From: a virus
Length of the DNA stretch: 64,000 nt
IMG/VR virus record: IMGVR_UViG_3300036790_000408
Span: 32,001-96,000 of that record
Strand: one strand, 5' to 3'
The position numbers and the translations under genes were made by a program. Below, one piece after another: positions 37,168 through 46,286 of this stretch (position 1 is the first letter of the stretch; each line of letters opens with the position of its first letter). Below the pieces are notes generated by a model, which worked only from the letters and a program-made list of their open reading frames with translations, had not been told where the DNA came from and did no database searches.

Positions 37168-37971
37168 TTAGGTCGATTGCGAAATGTAACGCTGCATCAT
37201 CAATTGCGAGCCGACGACACCGACGTCCTGTCGATACGGCGATATGACGCGGTAACGGGCATCATCCTCAGTGATAATGGCGTCGCCCTCGCTGGCGGTG
37301 TACCCGGACATAGGCGGGAGATAGCAGTAGTATCGCGGAACCGGGATCATGCCGGGCGGATCGGGAGGCATGTCGTCGCCTCTGGACTGCCTGTCTGAGG
37401 TGCCAAAGCCAGCCGGCACCCAGGAGGCTACGCCACCAGCTTCTCCCCATGAGAAGGTTCCTCCACCCATGATTAGAGGGATGTGCGACTCTCGAGTAGG
37501 ACGCCACAGCAGCGCCCCACTCTGGCTGGTGGCAGGCAATTCGTTCGGCCGGTAGACTTGCACCCGGCGATCGATCCTGGCACCCATCGGCGCCCGTAAC
37601 GGTGGATGCCAAGCGAGAGAGAAGCCGTTCAGTTCGATCGTTCCTGGCAGGCTGGTTGCCCGATCGCCGTAGGCAATGCCAGGAAAGTATGGTGGATCGG
37701 ACTGGATAAAAACATCGCCCAACCAAAACGGCGAGACGTCACCCGTGATCTCATACCAAACCACTCGCTCCGAGGTCATGGATACCTCGGCATCCTGACT
37801 GCGCACGCGGTTGCGGTGAGCGCGAAACTGACTGGTGATCTTGTACCAGCCGATCGGAAAGTCGCCGTTGGATGCTGGTGTCAGGCGATAGACGTTGAAG
37901 GGCTGGCCAAGGGCTCGACCCATCGATCCGAGTTGTTGATCGATGAGGCGCTGAAACCCCGCTGTGGTCAT
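37168..37971 (-). CDS. Head closure/neck protein (putative)
   Basis: Position after adaptor; start moved to ATG 37971. Confidence 0.55.
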   Translation of the reverse strand: MTTAGFQRLIDQQLGSMGRALGQPFNVYRLTPASNGDFPIGWYKITSQFRAHRNRVRSQDAEVSMTSERVVWYEITGDVSPFWLGDVFIQSDPPYFPGIAYGDRATSLPGTIELNGFSLAWHPPLRAPMGARIDRRVQVYRPNELPATSQSGALLWRPTRESHIPLIMGGGTFSWGEAGGVASWVPAGFGTSDRQSRGDDMPPDPPGMIPVPRYYCYLPPMSGYTASEGDAIITEDDARYRVISPYRQDVGVVGSQLMMQRYISQST

Positions 37972-38123
37972 ATCTCGCCGCGCCAAATCCGATCGAGAAT
38001 TTCATAATCAAGGTGAGAGTTGACAGGAAGTCGGCCAAATCCAAGCCACATCTCGTAGTGACGATTGACTCGATATAGTTCGATGAAATAGCGGATATGT
38101 CGGATCAGAGGTAACCGCTTCAT
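37968..38123 (-). CDS. 51-aa hypothetical protein below ORF-track cutoff
   Basis: MKRLPLIRHIRYFIELYRVNRHYEMWLGFGRLPVNSHLDYEILDRIWRGEI*; TGATG overlap upstream and ATGA overlap downstream. Confidence 0.6.
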   Translation of the reverse strand: MKRLPLIRHIRYFIELYRVNRHYEMWLGFGRLPVNSHLDYEILDRIWRGEI

Positions 38124-39046
38124 CACACCATCCAATTGGCCATAAAGGGTCGCAGGATCGACTTGATATCGCGGTCCATGACCGTGTCGCTGAACCGCTC
38201 GATGTTGGTCTTGCCGGCATTGAAGCGCTTGATCTGTGGTCCCATCGGACTCGCCTCCAGCGCGGAGACGATCATCGAACAGGCGACCTTGATATCCGCG
38301 GGATACCCGGTTGCCGGCCAGCCACCAACATAGCGGATCTTGACGTCGGTGAAAGGCGCTAGAAGTTGGCCGCCAGGGATCCAGATATCACCGGAAGTGG
38401 GGTTGAGGCTGGATGCCGGAATTGAGAAATTCACCCACGAAGGGGGCCCGCCGAGGGCCTGAACCGAGGCGAGGAGGTTCAAATCGTAGAAGTACCCAGC
38501 CTCCTGATCGGTGCGCCTGCCATAGCCATAGCGTCCGACCCCACTGATCAGTTGGGCGATTGGCCACTGCGCCAGTTTGGTGATCGAACGCTGATAGGGA
38601 AACTGCTTCTCCTCGGTGATCGCCAGCCCGAGCTCAAGCGTTACCGGGTTCGGTGAGGCCGTGTGATTGAACTGAACATTGGTCAGGACCATGACCTGGT
38701 TCGAGACCGAGGCGATGGTGCAGACTTCGGTGACCGATGGCACCAGGCGATCAAGGAGAACCGCCTCGCCGACCAAACTATCATTGTCACCGACATAGTT
38801 TGGCAGGGGCACTTGGACATTGGCGCCGGCGGAAATGGGATTGACCGAGGTGTACGTGGCCGACGGTGTCATGAAAGCCATGTACGCCGGCTGCCCGTTC
38901 GCATCCGTCTTGTAGATACAGCCCTCAGGACGCCGTAGGAAATGGTCGATCAACTGACTGGCGCGGATGACCTGCGGACCAGAGGCGAGAGGTACGCCAT
39001 ATGTCTCGTAGTCCGTCGGGCCATCCAGATAGGAGGGGAGCGGCAT
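38123..39046 (-). CDS. Head-tail adaptor/connector
   Basis: RASQLIDHFLRR N-terminus; IRYVGGW...PADIKVAC...IL.PF C-terminus. Confidence 0.75.
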   Translation of the reverse strand: MPLPSYLDGPTDYETYGVPLASGPQVIRASQLIDHFLRRPEGCIYKTDANGQPAYMAFMTPSATYTSVNPISAGANVQVPLPNYVGDNDSLVGEAVLLDRLVPSVTEVCTIASVSNQVMVLTNVQFNHTASPNPVTLELGLAITEEKQFPYQRSITKLAQWPIAQLISGVGRYGYGRRTDQEAGYFYDLNLLASVQALGGPPSWVNFSIPASSLNPTSGDIWIPGGQLLAPFTDVKIRYVGGWPATGYPADIKVACSMIVSALEASPMGPQIKRFNAGKTNIERFSDTVMDRDIKSILRPFMANWMV

Positions 39047-39459
39047 CAGTCTGAATTCATGATGCAGGCGAAAGCCGCGATCGTGCCAGTCGAGCCAGAG
39101 GTGTTATCGACCTCGATCTGGAATGTCAGGAAGGGCAGATCGTCCGTGATATCGACGATCAGCAGTGTGCCGGACACGATCGACGTGGTCGATATCGGCC
39201 GCGCTATGGTGCCGCCGATGTCCAGATAGCGGGTTATGATCAGGGTGCCGGCTTGGTTCATCTGAACCGCGACCGAGATAACCTGATAGCCATCAGCGAA
39301 GATGACGCCGCTTTTCCAAGACCCAGACCCGGCAATGGTCTGGCCGGCAGTCAGAATGCCATTCGGCATCGCGACGGCGGCGATCTGCATCTTGCCGGCG
39401 AGACTGATCGGCTGCTCAAATCCGCCGCTGGTTTCATAGTCGTGCGCGGCTAAGGGCAT
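39046..39459 (-). CDS. Hypothetical virion protein
   Basis: 137-aa beta-rich ORF downstream of capsid. Confidence 0.55.
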   Translation of the reverse strand: MPLAAHDYETSGGFEQPISLAGKMQIAAVAMPNGILTAGQTIAGSGSWKSGVIFADGYQVISVAVQMNQAGTLIITRYLDIGGTIARPISTTSIVSGTLLIVDITDDLPFLTFQIEVDNTSGSTGTIAAFACIMNSD

Positions 39460-39468
39460 GCGACTATC

Positions 39469-39744
39469 CTATGCGAACCGGTATCTATGCTGCGGTCGCT
39501 GCTTCACGGCGAAGCCATTCTTGACCAAGTACTCGGCCAACGCCTGATCCCTCACGGTACACATCCCGTCCTCGAAAATCAGATCGAAGTTCTTTGGCCG
39601 GGGCGGGATCATTGAAGCGTCCCACCACTTCCCGTTGTCAGTTTCCAGCGTGTACTGGTTGGGAAGGTGCCCCGCCGGCGAACAGCTCATGAAGTGCTTG
39701 TCGCCTGGCGGCTTATTGGGAGATCCCGAGAGATAGACGATCAT
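39469..39744 (-). CDS. Hypothetical protein
   Basis: 91-aa ORF directly after capsid. Confidence 0.55.
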   Translation of the reverse strand: MIVYLSGSPNKPPGDKHFMSCSPAGHLPNQYTLETDNGKWWDASMIPPRPKNFDLIFEDGMCTVRDQALAEYLVKNGFAVKQRPQHRYRFA

Positions 39745-39763
39745 CAGCTACCTGCGGTTGGGG

Positions 39764-40837
39764 TTAAGTGCGCTGGATGGCCACCACAGCATGCGCATAC
39801 GAGGCGCCCTTGGCGACGATGGTGTCGAACTGCACAGCCACGTACTGACCGGACAGGGCGGCCGGCAGACCAAGGCGGTAGAGCTGCGGATCAGGGTTCT
39901 GCGTCTGACCAGAGATGTACGGCCGCTCGATCATGCTCTCGGTCAGGATCGCCGCGTAATAGTTCTTGTAGCCGGAGGTCGGTGCGCCGAAACCGTAAGC
40001 CGAAGACGACGACGACGGTAGATATACGTCGGCGATGATCGGCAGCGGGCCAGCCTGGGTGTCGATGTTCTTGACGGTGACGCCGGCGACCACGGTAGAG
40101 CCCATGGTGATGTTCGTCGCCTTGGCCTCGGTATCGAGGTAGTGCCCAAGGATCGGGTTCATGTAGATCGCGGTCGGCTTCACTTTGAATGTGGTGTTCG
40201 CCATCATCTGTGCGACAGCGAACTTAATTCCATCGACCATGGAGGAGCCAGGCAGCACGCTGGACTGCTGGGTGATCTGTGTCAGCAGGCCGACATACTG
40301 ATCCGTGGTAGCCGTGGTCAGGGAGGTGTCGGTGCCGGTCCAATAAGCGGAGGCTGCCTCCACAATGATGCCGTTGACGCAATCCTGGATGTCGCGCGAC
40401 TCCAGGTTATCGAACACGCCCTGCTGTTGCGTGACCTGCACGTCGAAGAGGGTCAGGTTGATCTGGTTGACCAGCGCCTTGATCAGCACCGACCGCTCAA
40501 CGCGGGTCGGTCCAGACGGCGTCGGCGTCAGGTTCCTAGGATCGGTAAAGCCACCCAGCCCGATCAAGAGCTGCTCGATATAACGATGCGGGTGACCGGT
40601 GGCGCGGCGAGCCTGAATGCGCTGGCGCAGGACGCCCTCGCGGCGCACCATGTCCAGGATCTCACGCTCGTAGAGGTTCACCTCGATCGCGCCATTGCCG
40701 AAGAAGTCAGCAGCGGCGGCAACGCGCCCAAGGCTTGCGCTGTTGGAGACGGCGGACCCAAGTTGCGTCATGATCGGGTCGCCGCGGCCAGCCCAGCGCG
40801 CAATACCCACCCGATTAGAGTCGGCTATGGAGAGCAT
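39764..40837 (-). CDS. Major capsid protein
   Basis: Between protease/scaffold and neck genes; 357 aa; PTAIYMNP, GPLPIIAD HK97-fold-like segments. Confidence 0.8.
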   Translation of the reverse strand: MLSIADSNRVGIARWAGRGDPIMTQLGSAVSNSASLGRVAAAADFFGNGAIEVNLYEREILDMVRREGVLRQRIQARRATGHPHRYIEQLLIGLGGFTDPRNLTPTPSGPTRVERSVLIKALVNQINLTLFDVQVTQQQGVFDNLESRDIQDCVNGIIVEAASAYWTGTDTSLTTATTDQYVGLLTQITQQSSVLPGSSMVDGIKFAVAQMMANTTFKVKPTAIYMNPILGHYLDTEAKATNITMGSTVVAGVTVKNIDTQAGPLPIIADVYLPSSSSSAYGFGAPTSGYKNYYAAILTESMIERPYISGQTQNPDPQLYRLGLPAALSGQYVAVQFDTIVAKGASYAHAVVAIQRT

Positions 40838-40880
40838 ATCAGAAACCCTTCTTTCGGGTGGTGGTGGGATTGGCGCTGGA

Positions 40881-42419
40881 TTAGTTCTGGTATGCCAACA
40901 GACCAGCAGAGGCGAATTGCTTCTTCAGGTCCATCCGGATCGAGAGATCCGTCACGCCGGCGTCGGCCAGGATCTTGTCGATCTTACCGACCGGGATGGT
41001 CTTGCCATCTTCCGGCAGTTCGATGCCGTACTTGTTGAGCGAGGCCATTACGTCGGAAGGAACCGTTTTGCGGGTCGGTTCCTGACGATCTGCATTCGAC
41101 GCCGCCGTGATGTCAGCGACCCTGGTCTGCATCGAGGACACCGCGTCGGCGAGCTGAGCGCTGACCTGGGTCAACTTCTCTTCCAGCGCTGTCTGACTGG
41201 CCTTGAGCGCCTTGTACTCCGGCGTCTCTTCAACCTTCTGCGCCTGCACGACGGGAGCGGCCGAAGCGAAATAACCAGAGTCGTGATAGGAGTCTGGGAT
41301 CTTGCCGCGGGCGCCGTCGGCACGCATCGAGTCTGCCATCCGGCGTAGGTGGTGAGCGTGACCATTGCCGGAGACGGAGCCAACGCCATCCTGCTCCATC
41401 TTCTCGGCAGCAGCTTCAAGGCGCATAGCGTGCGGCTCTACCTTGCTCATCGCGGCATTGACGGCCATGACGATGTTCGGGGCCTTCTGCAGCTCAGCGA
41501 GTGCGGCAGCCTGCGCAGCAAGAGCGTCCGTAATTGGCTTGAGGCTCTCGGCCAGGAGACCCTTAACGGCGTCTACAGCTTCAGTCATTTCGTGCTCCTG
41601 TGCAGCCGCAGCGGCCAATGAAGTGTTCATGTACGCAGCGTCGTTTTTCATGAGGATCGCCGCGCCGGTGAAGACGCAGGATCGAATGACGATCGGATCG
41701 CCCATGGGCTGATCGACCTTCAATTCCTGTGCTTCGAAAGAGAAACCGAGCTTGTCTTGCTCAAGGTGGATCTTGATAGCTTCGCGCGGGAAGTCGGCCG
41801 CATAGATGAAACCTTCGATCATCAGCGCATCGCCTTCGATGTGCGCGGATGAAATGAGGCCGATCTTGTTCTGTGCGTCGTGCCCGTTCAGCTCTTTGGT
41901 GATACCGATACCCATCCCCATCAGGGATGGCAGGGCACTCTCGGCAGCCGCCCTGGTCAGCATAATACGTTTGCCGAAAGCGCCATTTGGCGCGCGGTCG
42001 GACGGCGAGTCGATCCGGGTCAGAATGCCAGAGAACGGCATCCGGTTGGGATGCCCCTCGATCGTCGGCAGGTTGAGCGACACCGCCTCGAACCGCATGG
42101 CACTGATGGTCATCAGCATGGGGCGCGCGGGGATGTCGGCGGCGGGATTTTGCTCATCAGCTCCGGCATCGACCGAGATGCCAAACTTCTTGGCTGCGCG
42201 ATGAATGCGCGCCATGGCGCTTTTCTTCTCAGCCGGAGTTAGTCCCTCAGTCTGATTGAAACGCGCCAAGGCATTGCGCACATGAGCCGCATCATGGATC
42301 GGAAGTTTGCGCTTGCCCGGCACAGCGAACTGTTCGCTTCCGAGACTATCCCGATCCTTGGTGTCGAGAACCTTGGCATCGATGTCCTCGACTTCCTCGG
42401 GCTCGACTTCTGGCGGCAT
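40881..42419 (-). CDS. Prohead protease/scaffold fusion
   Basis: N-terminal KRKLPIHDAAHVRNALARFNQ domain; protease-like core (GHD...IGLIS.AHI, GFSFE, FTGAAIL); coiled-coil C-terminal scaffold. Confidence 0.75.
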   Translation of the reverse strand: MPPEVEPEEVEDIDAKVLDTKDRDSLGSEQFAVPGKRKLPIHDAAHVRNALARFNQTEGLTPAEKKSAMARIHRAAKKFGISVDAGADEQNPAADIPARPMLMTISAMRFEAVSLNLPTIEGHPNRMPFSGILTRIDSPSDRAPNGAFGKRIMLTRAAAESALPSLMGMGIGITKELNGHDAQNKIGLISSAHIEGDALMIEGFIYAADFPREAIKIHLEQDKLGFSFEAQELKVDQPMGDPIVIRSCVFTGAAILMKNDAAYMNTSLAAAAAQEHEMTEAVDAVKGLLAESLKPITDALAAQAAALAELQKAPNIVMAVNAAMSKVEPHAMRLEAAAEKMEQDGVGSVSGNGHAHHLRRMADSMRADGARGKIPDSYHDSGYFASAAPVVQAQKVEETPEYKALKASQTALEEKLTQVSAQLADAVSSMQTRVADITAASNADRQEPTRKTVPSDVMASLNKYGIELPEDGKTIPVGKIDKILADAGVTDLSIRMDLKKQFASAGLLAYQN

Positions 42420-42423
42420 GAAA

Positions 42424-43134
42424 TTACGCCGGCGTGCCGGTGGCCGTCACGGTGCCCTTCAAGGTCAACGTGCCGCCCGCATTCAACGCCGCCACATTGG
42501 TGCCGGCGACCGTGAACAGCAGATCGGTGCCACCCGAGGCGATGGTAAGTTTGCCGGTCGAGCTCAGCAGGGTGGTCGCACCCTGGAACGTGGGGTTACC
42601 GTTGGTGTCCAACAGCGCCACGTTCAAGCCGTTTGACTGGTATTGCAATGCGTTGCCGATCTCCTGCACTTTGTCTGTGCCGAGCACAACCAGTGCGCCA
42701 CTCTGGATCCCTAGACGAGTAGCGGCAATGAGCGGTTGCCCGTTGATGGTGCCGATCTGCGAGCCTGGATCGATCGTCGAACCAGAGGAACCGGAGCCAC
42801 CGGTGGACGACAGCGTCAGGGCGTTCTGCAGGTAGCTGTTGAGAACGATGTTGACCGTGAGCGCGAGGAAGTTGCTCGGGACATCCGTCAGAACGGTCCA
42901 GTCCCAGTAGCAAATGAGATTGCCATTGGTCAGGGCGTCGAACATAGCGCCCTTGGTCAGCACACCACCAACCGGGCCGGTCGGGCCGGTGATCTGGGTG
43001 ACGCTCTGCGTCAGACCCGAGGCAGCCGTGCCCGTCAGGCTGACCGCTTCGCGCGTATAGGTGGTCGCCTCAGAGAAAACTCCGGCGTTGGTGATGCCGA
43101 TGCCGAGGGCGTACCAACCGGTGAAAACAGCCAT
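42424..43134 (-). CDS. Putative head fibre/decoration protein
   Basis: Y.R.AV.L...GAMFDALTNGNL N-terminal structural motif; beta-repeat C-terminus. Confidence 0.5.
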   Translation of the reverse strand: MAVFTGWYALGIGITNAGVFSEATTYTREAVSLTGTAASGLTQSVTQITGPTGPVGGVLTKGAMFDALTNGNLICYWDWTVLTDVPSNFLALTVNIVLNSYLQNALTLSSTGGSGSSGSTIDPGSQIGTINGQPLIAATRLGIQSGALVVLGTDKVQEIGNALQYQSNGLNVALLDTNGNPTFQGATTLLSSTGKLTIASGGTDLLFTVAGTNVAALNAGGTLTLKGTVTATGTPA

Positions 43135-43155
43135 AGCGCGAACTCCTGTCGGAAA

Positions 43156-43662
43156 TTAGATGAAGCGGCTGAGAGCCCGCAGCTTCAACATCGCTGTGGC
43201 GTCAGCCCCGCGCATTGCTGCCGGTAGCAGGGGAATGATTTCAAGCAGACGGGCCTCAATCCCAAGCAGGGCATTGAAGGCGTCCGGATCGCGCTGGCCG
43301 CACGAAATGGCGGCATAGTTCAGCGCCGCGCGCGCCCGGATCTCTGGGTCACCGGTAGGTTTGCGGTCCGGATGGTCGCCGGGCGCATCCGGGAAGGTCT
43401 TGTGGTATTCCTCGCCGTCCGTATCGCCGTCGCCTTCGTATGGCTCGCGTTCCTTGTTGGGCCAAGGCTTCGGTCCAGCGATGACCGCGCGCGGAGTTTC
43501 GCCGCGGAGCCGCGCCATGGCATTTCTCTCGTGCATGGTATCCCTCAAACGGTATAATTCGTGGTTACGTTGGCACCAGAGACGCTCATGGTGAGAACCA
43601 CGGTGTGAGATCAGGAGGCCCCTACACTGAATAGGTAGCGCTATCAGTTGCTCCAGTGACAC
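43156..43662 (-). CDS. Hypothetical protein (start uncertain)
   Basis: Operon-packed ORF; alternative ATG near 43537. Confidence 0.45.
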   Translation of the reverse strand: MSLEQLIALPIQCRGLLISHRGSHHERLWCQRNHELYRLRDTMHERNAMARLRGETPRAVIAGPKPWPNKEREPYEGDGDTDGEEYHKTFPDAPGDHPDRKPTGDPEIRARAALNYAAISCGQRDPDAFNALLGIEARLLEIIPLLPAAMRGADATAMLKLRALSRFI

Positions 43663-43987
43663 TACATGTCACTTGTACGGTATGGGATCCTGAAGTATTC
43701 GGTACAGAATGTAGAATGTATGACCACAGACCGTCAGGAAGATGGGTGTATGACTGACTTACTGGATTAAATGTTGTCCCATCAATCTGGAATAAAAAAT
43801 CTTCTATATTTCCAGTCTGTTTAGCTACATTAAAAGATACCGAGTCACCACCAGAGCTATAGCTTAATGGTAACCAAAATAGAACGGCTGGAGTTGGAAT
43901 TTTCTCTATTGACGCAGCGATATCAGCAAGGTCGATTGCTGTGACTCCACCAGTCGGTATTACCGTGATGTCTGCGCTGGCGGTCAT
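43622..43987 (-). CDS. Putative decoration/fibre protein with AT-rich C-terminal domain
   Basis: ATG 43987; MTASADITVIPTGGVTAIDLADI..., then markedly AT-rich coding. Confidence 0.55.
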   Translation of the reverse strand: MTASADITVIPTGGVTAIDLADIAASIEKIPTPAVLFWLPLSYSSGGDSVSFNVAKQTGNIEDFLFQIDGTTFNPVSQSYTHLPDGLWSYILHSVPNTSGSHTVQVTCSVTGATDSATYSV

Positions 43988-43997
43988 TGATGCCTCA

Positions 43998-44288
43998 TTA
44001 GGAGAAGAGAAAAATCTCGATTGTCTCACCGGTAAGGTTGCCGGAAAGCGCAGCAACATTCAGCGTAAAACCGGTGTTGGTGGGGCTGCTGATGAAGGCG
44101 ACAGCGGCCTCCTTCATGCAGGGAATAGCGATATAGGGTGTTGGAACCGGCTCCGTCCAAGTGACTGCAACGGTCGCTGTGCTGGCACTTCCGGCATACG
44201 TCGCCGAGACTGAGCCGATGCAAATCCTATCCGCGAGGTTCGGCAGCAAGCCGTCCGGCGAATAGGCGGTATGAAAAGCTACGCCCAT
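43998..44288 (-). CDS. Small beta-rich structural protein (putative)
   Basis: Coupled to portal stop; 96 aa. Confidence 0.5.
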   Translation of the reverse strand: MGVAFHTAYSPDGLLPNLADRICIGSVSATYAGSASTATVAVTWTEPVPTPYIAIPCMKEAAVAFISSPTNTGFTLNVAALSGNLTGETIEIFLFS

Positions 44289-45745
44289 CAGGGATCTTCC
44301 TCGGGTTCGAATGATGCGGCCAGGCGCGGTGGCGCAGGCCGCGGATTGGCTCCTGCGGCAGGCTTCGCTGGACCCACGGTCGGCGGTTGCTGCGGTCTCG
44401 TCTTGTTGGAGGCGAGATCTGGATCGTCGATTACCGCTGTACCCTTGGCCGCCTGGATGGCGATGTCGGCGTCACTCTTGGTCATGTCACCCCAGGCATT
44501 CTCGGCCGGGGCTTCACCAAGCTTTCGGCGGATTTCGTTCGGGGTGAAAACGTTCGCGCCGTAGTACCGCGTCAGGATGGTGGAGGTCTTTTCCAGGTCT
44601 TCCCGCTCAACACCCTTCCACAAGAACCGAAGTTGAGAGAACCCAAGAGCACCCCAGACCACCTTGCGGGTGAGAGCGTTGGCCAGCACCGTTGCCATCG
44701 GCTTGATAGCGTGGATCCACTCTCGATCCTCACCAACTTCGGCCGTGCTCCGGTTGACGTCACGTTCCAGGTTCAGCGACATGTTCGAGATGTCGAACGC
44801 AGCCGCGACCTCGGTGCGAATGAATTCCTGGTATTGCAGATAGAGCGCTTTGTCGCCCTCAGGGTAGAGCTTCTGCACCGCCAACCCGCGAGTGCGCCCA
44901 GCCCCAGCCTGCCCGTCCACCAGTTCGGTGCCGATGATCGGGATCTTGCCCTGACCTTCGATCTCGTTGGTCCAGTACGTGCGCCACGTTTCGACCATGC
45001 GGGTCGAGACTTCGCCAAGGTCGATGGCGAACGGTGGCAGTGCGTTGCCGGCCAGCTTCGCGGCGAATGAGGCTGTGGCAAGCTGGTTCGAGATGCTCTG
45101 GAAGGCAACTTCGAGCGGGCCGTAGCCAAACGGCGAATGAGTCGATGGATTGGGTCGAATGTAAACGATCTCGTCGTCACGAAGCTTCACGCCGGGCTGC
45201 TGGCCTTGGGTGAAGTTGCCGCCATAGCCGAGCGTTTGTAGGTAGCGCGGCTCGTTCTTACCGCCCTTCCAGCCAGGGAAGATGTTGATCGACAAACCGT
45301 CCACCGGCCACAGGAACACCGGGCGATCCGGGAACTCTGACTTGCCAATCTCGATCACACCGGCGCCGAGACAGACATCGTTGATGACCTGGCTCAACAG
45401 GGTGTTGAAGCTGTCATCGTCGTTCGGCAAACTGAAACACAGCGTGGCGACTTCGATCTGTCGCCTGATCTCCGAGTTGGGCGATATGCCCTTGTTCGGA
45501 GCGATCTCCCACTCAAGCTGGGATAATGGGTTCTTAATCGTATTGATCGCGCGGCGGGCGATCGGCGTGTTGGAGAAATAGCGCAGGTTGCGCGGGGTTG
45601 GTTTGTAAACAACGCGACTGGATTGAGTGTACGCGTTCTGCCCAATCATGATCAGATTGGGGAAGGCGATCGACTCTCGTGTCGGCTCCTTGGTCGGTCG
45701 ACCCAAACGCCGGGGCCGCCAGGTGAAGATATCCTTGACTGCCAC
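44288..45745 (-). CDS. Portal protein
   Basis: LWPVDG, DDEIVYIRPNP...FGYGPLE, FTPNEIRRKLG..P..WGD; after TerL. Confidence 0.9.
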   Translation of the reverse strand: MAVKDIFTWRPRRLGRPTKEPTRESIAFPNLIMIGQNAYTQSSRVVYKPTPRNLRYFSNTPIARRAINTIKNPLSQLEWEIAPNKGISPNSEIRRQIEVATLCFSLPNDDDSFNTLLSQVINDVCLGAGVIEIGKSEFPDRPVFLWPVDGLSINIFPGWKGGKNEPRYLQTLGYGGNFTQGQQPGVKLRDDEIVYIRPNPSTHSPFGYGPLEVAFQSISNQLATASFAAKLAGNALPPFAIDLGEVSTRMVETWRTYWTNEIEGQGKIPIIGTELVDGQAGAGRTRGLAVQKLYPEGDKALYLQYQEFIRTEVAAAFDISNMSLNLERDVNRSTAEVGEDREWIHAIKPMATVLANALTRKVVWGALGFSQLRFLWKGVEREDLEKTSTILTRYYGANVFTPNEIRRKLGEAPAENAWGDMTKSDADIAIQAAKGTAVIDDPDLASNKTRPQQPPTVGPAKPAAGANPRPAPPRLAASFEPEEDP

Positions 45746-45767
45746 GAGCGCCCTCCGGACTAGGGCG

Positions 45768-46286
45768 CTATGGCTTTATCGCACACGCCCAGTCTTGCCT
45801 CATGACCAGCACGTCGAACCGCGCATGGATTGCCTTGCGCCCGCCGACTGTATCCATGTCGTCAAATGCCATAACCCCGCCTGACACCATGCGCGGCCAG
45901 AAATTATCAATCACCGCCAGCACGCTTTGGTACTGGTCGCAGTCACAATGCACGAAGGCGACTTCCTGCACATCATCAGTCAGGGTGCTGGGGAAGACGC
46001 CGGCGTGAAAGATAGCGTCTGGAATGTAGGCCTGAACGTGCACCAGAGAGGTGTTGGAGAAATCCCCGACCTTGTGTGTATCGAAGTCCTCAGCGTGCGG
46101 CATACCAGAGAACGTGTCGTAGAGGTGTAGATCCCGCTTTTGCGTCCTGGCAACTCTGGATAGATACCAAGCCGATCCGCCCTGGAAAACGCCAACCTCG
46201 ACGAAGGCGCCGGGAGGCGCGTCGAAAGCGATACTGGTCAGACAGGCTATCCTGGCTTTGTGGATGACCGAATGTGGAGGTGTCAC
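45768..46286 (-). CDS. TylF/MycF-like O-methyltransferase
   Basis: VEVGVFQGGS, LYDTFSGMP, G.FP.TL, AFVHCDCDQY.S, GG...FDD. Confidence 0.85.
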   Translation of the reverse strand: MTPPHSVIHKARIACLTSIAFDAPPGAFVEVGVFQGGSAWYLSRVARTQKRDLHLYDTFSGMPHAEDFDTHKVGDFSNTSLVHVQAYIPDAIFHAGVFPSTLTDDVQEVAFVHCDCDQYQSVLAVIDNFWPRMVSGGVMAFDDMDTVGGRKAIHARFDVLVMRQDWACAIKP

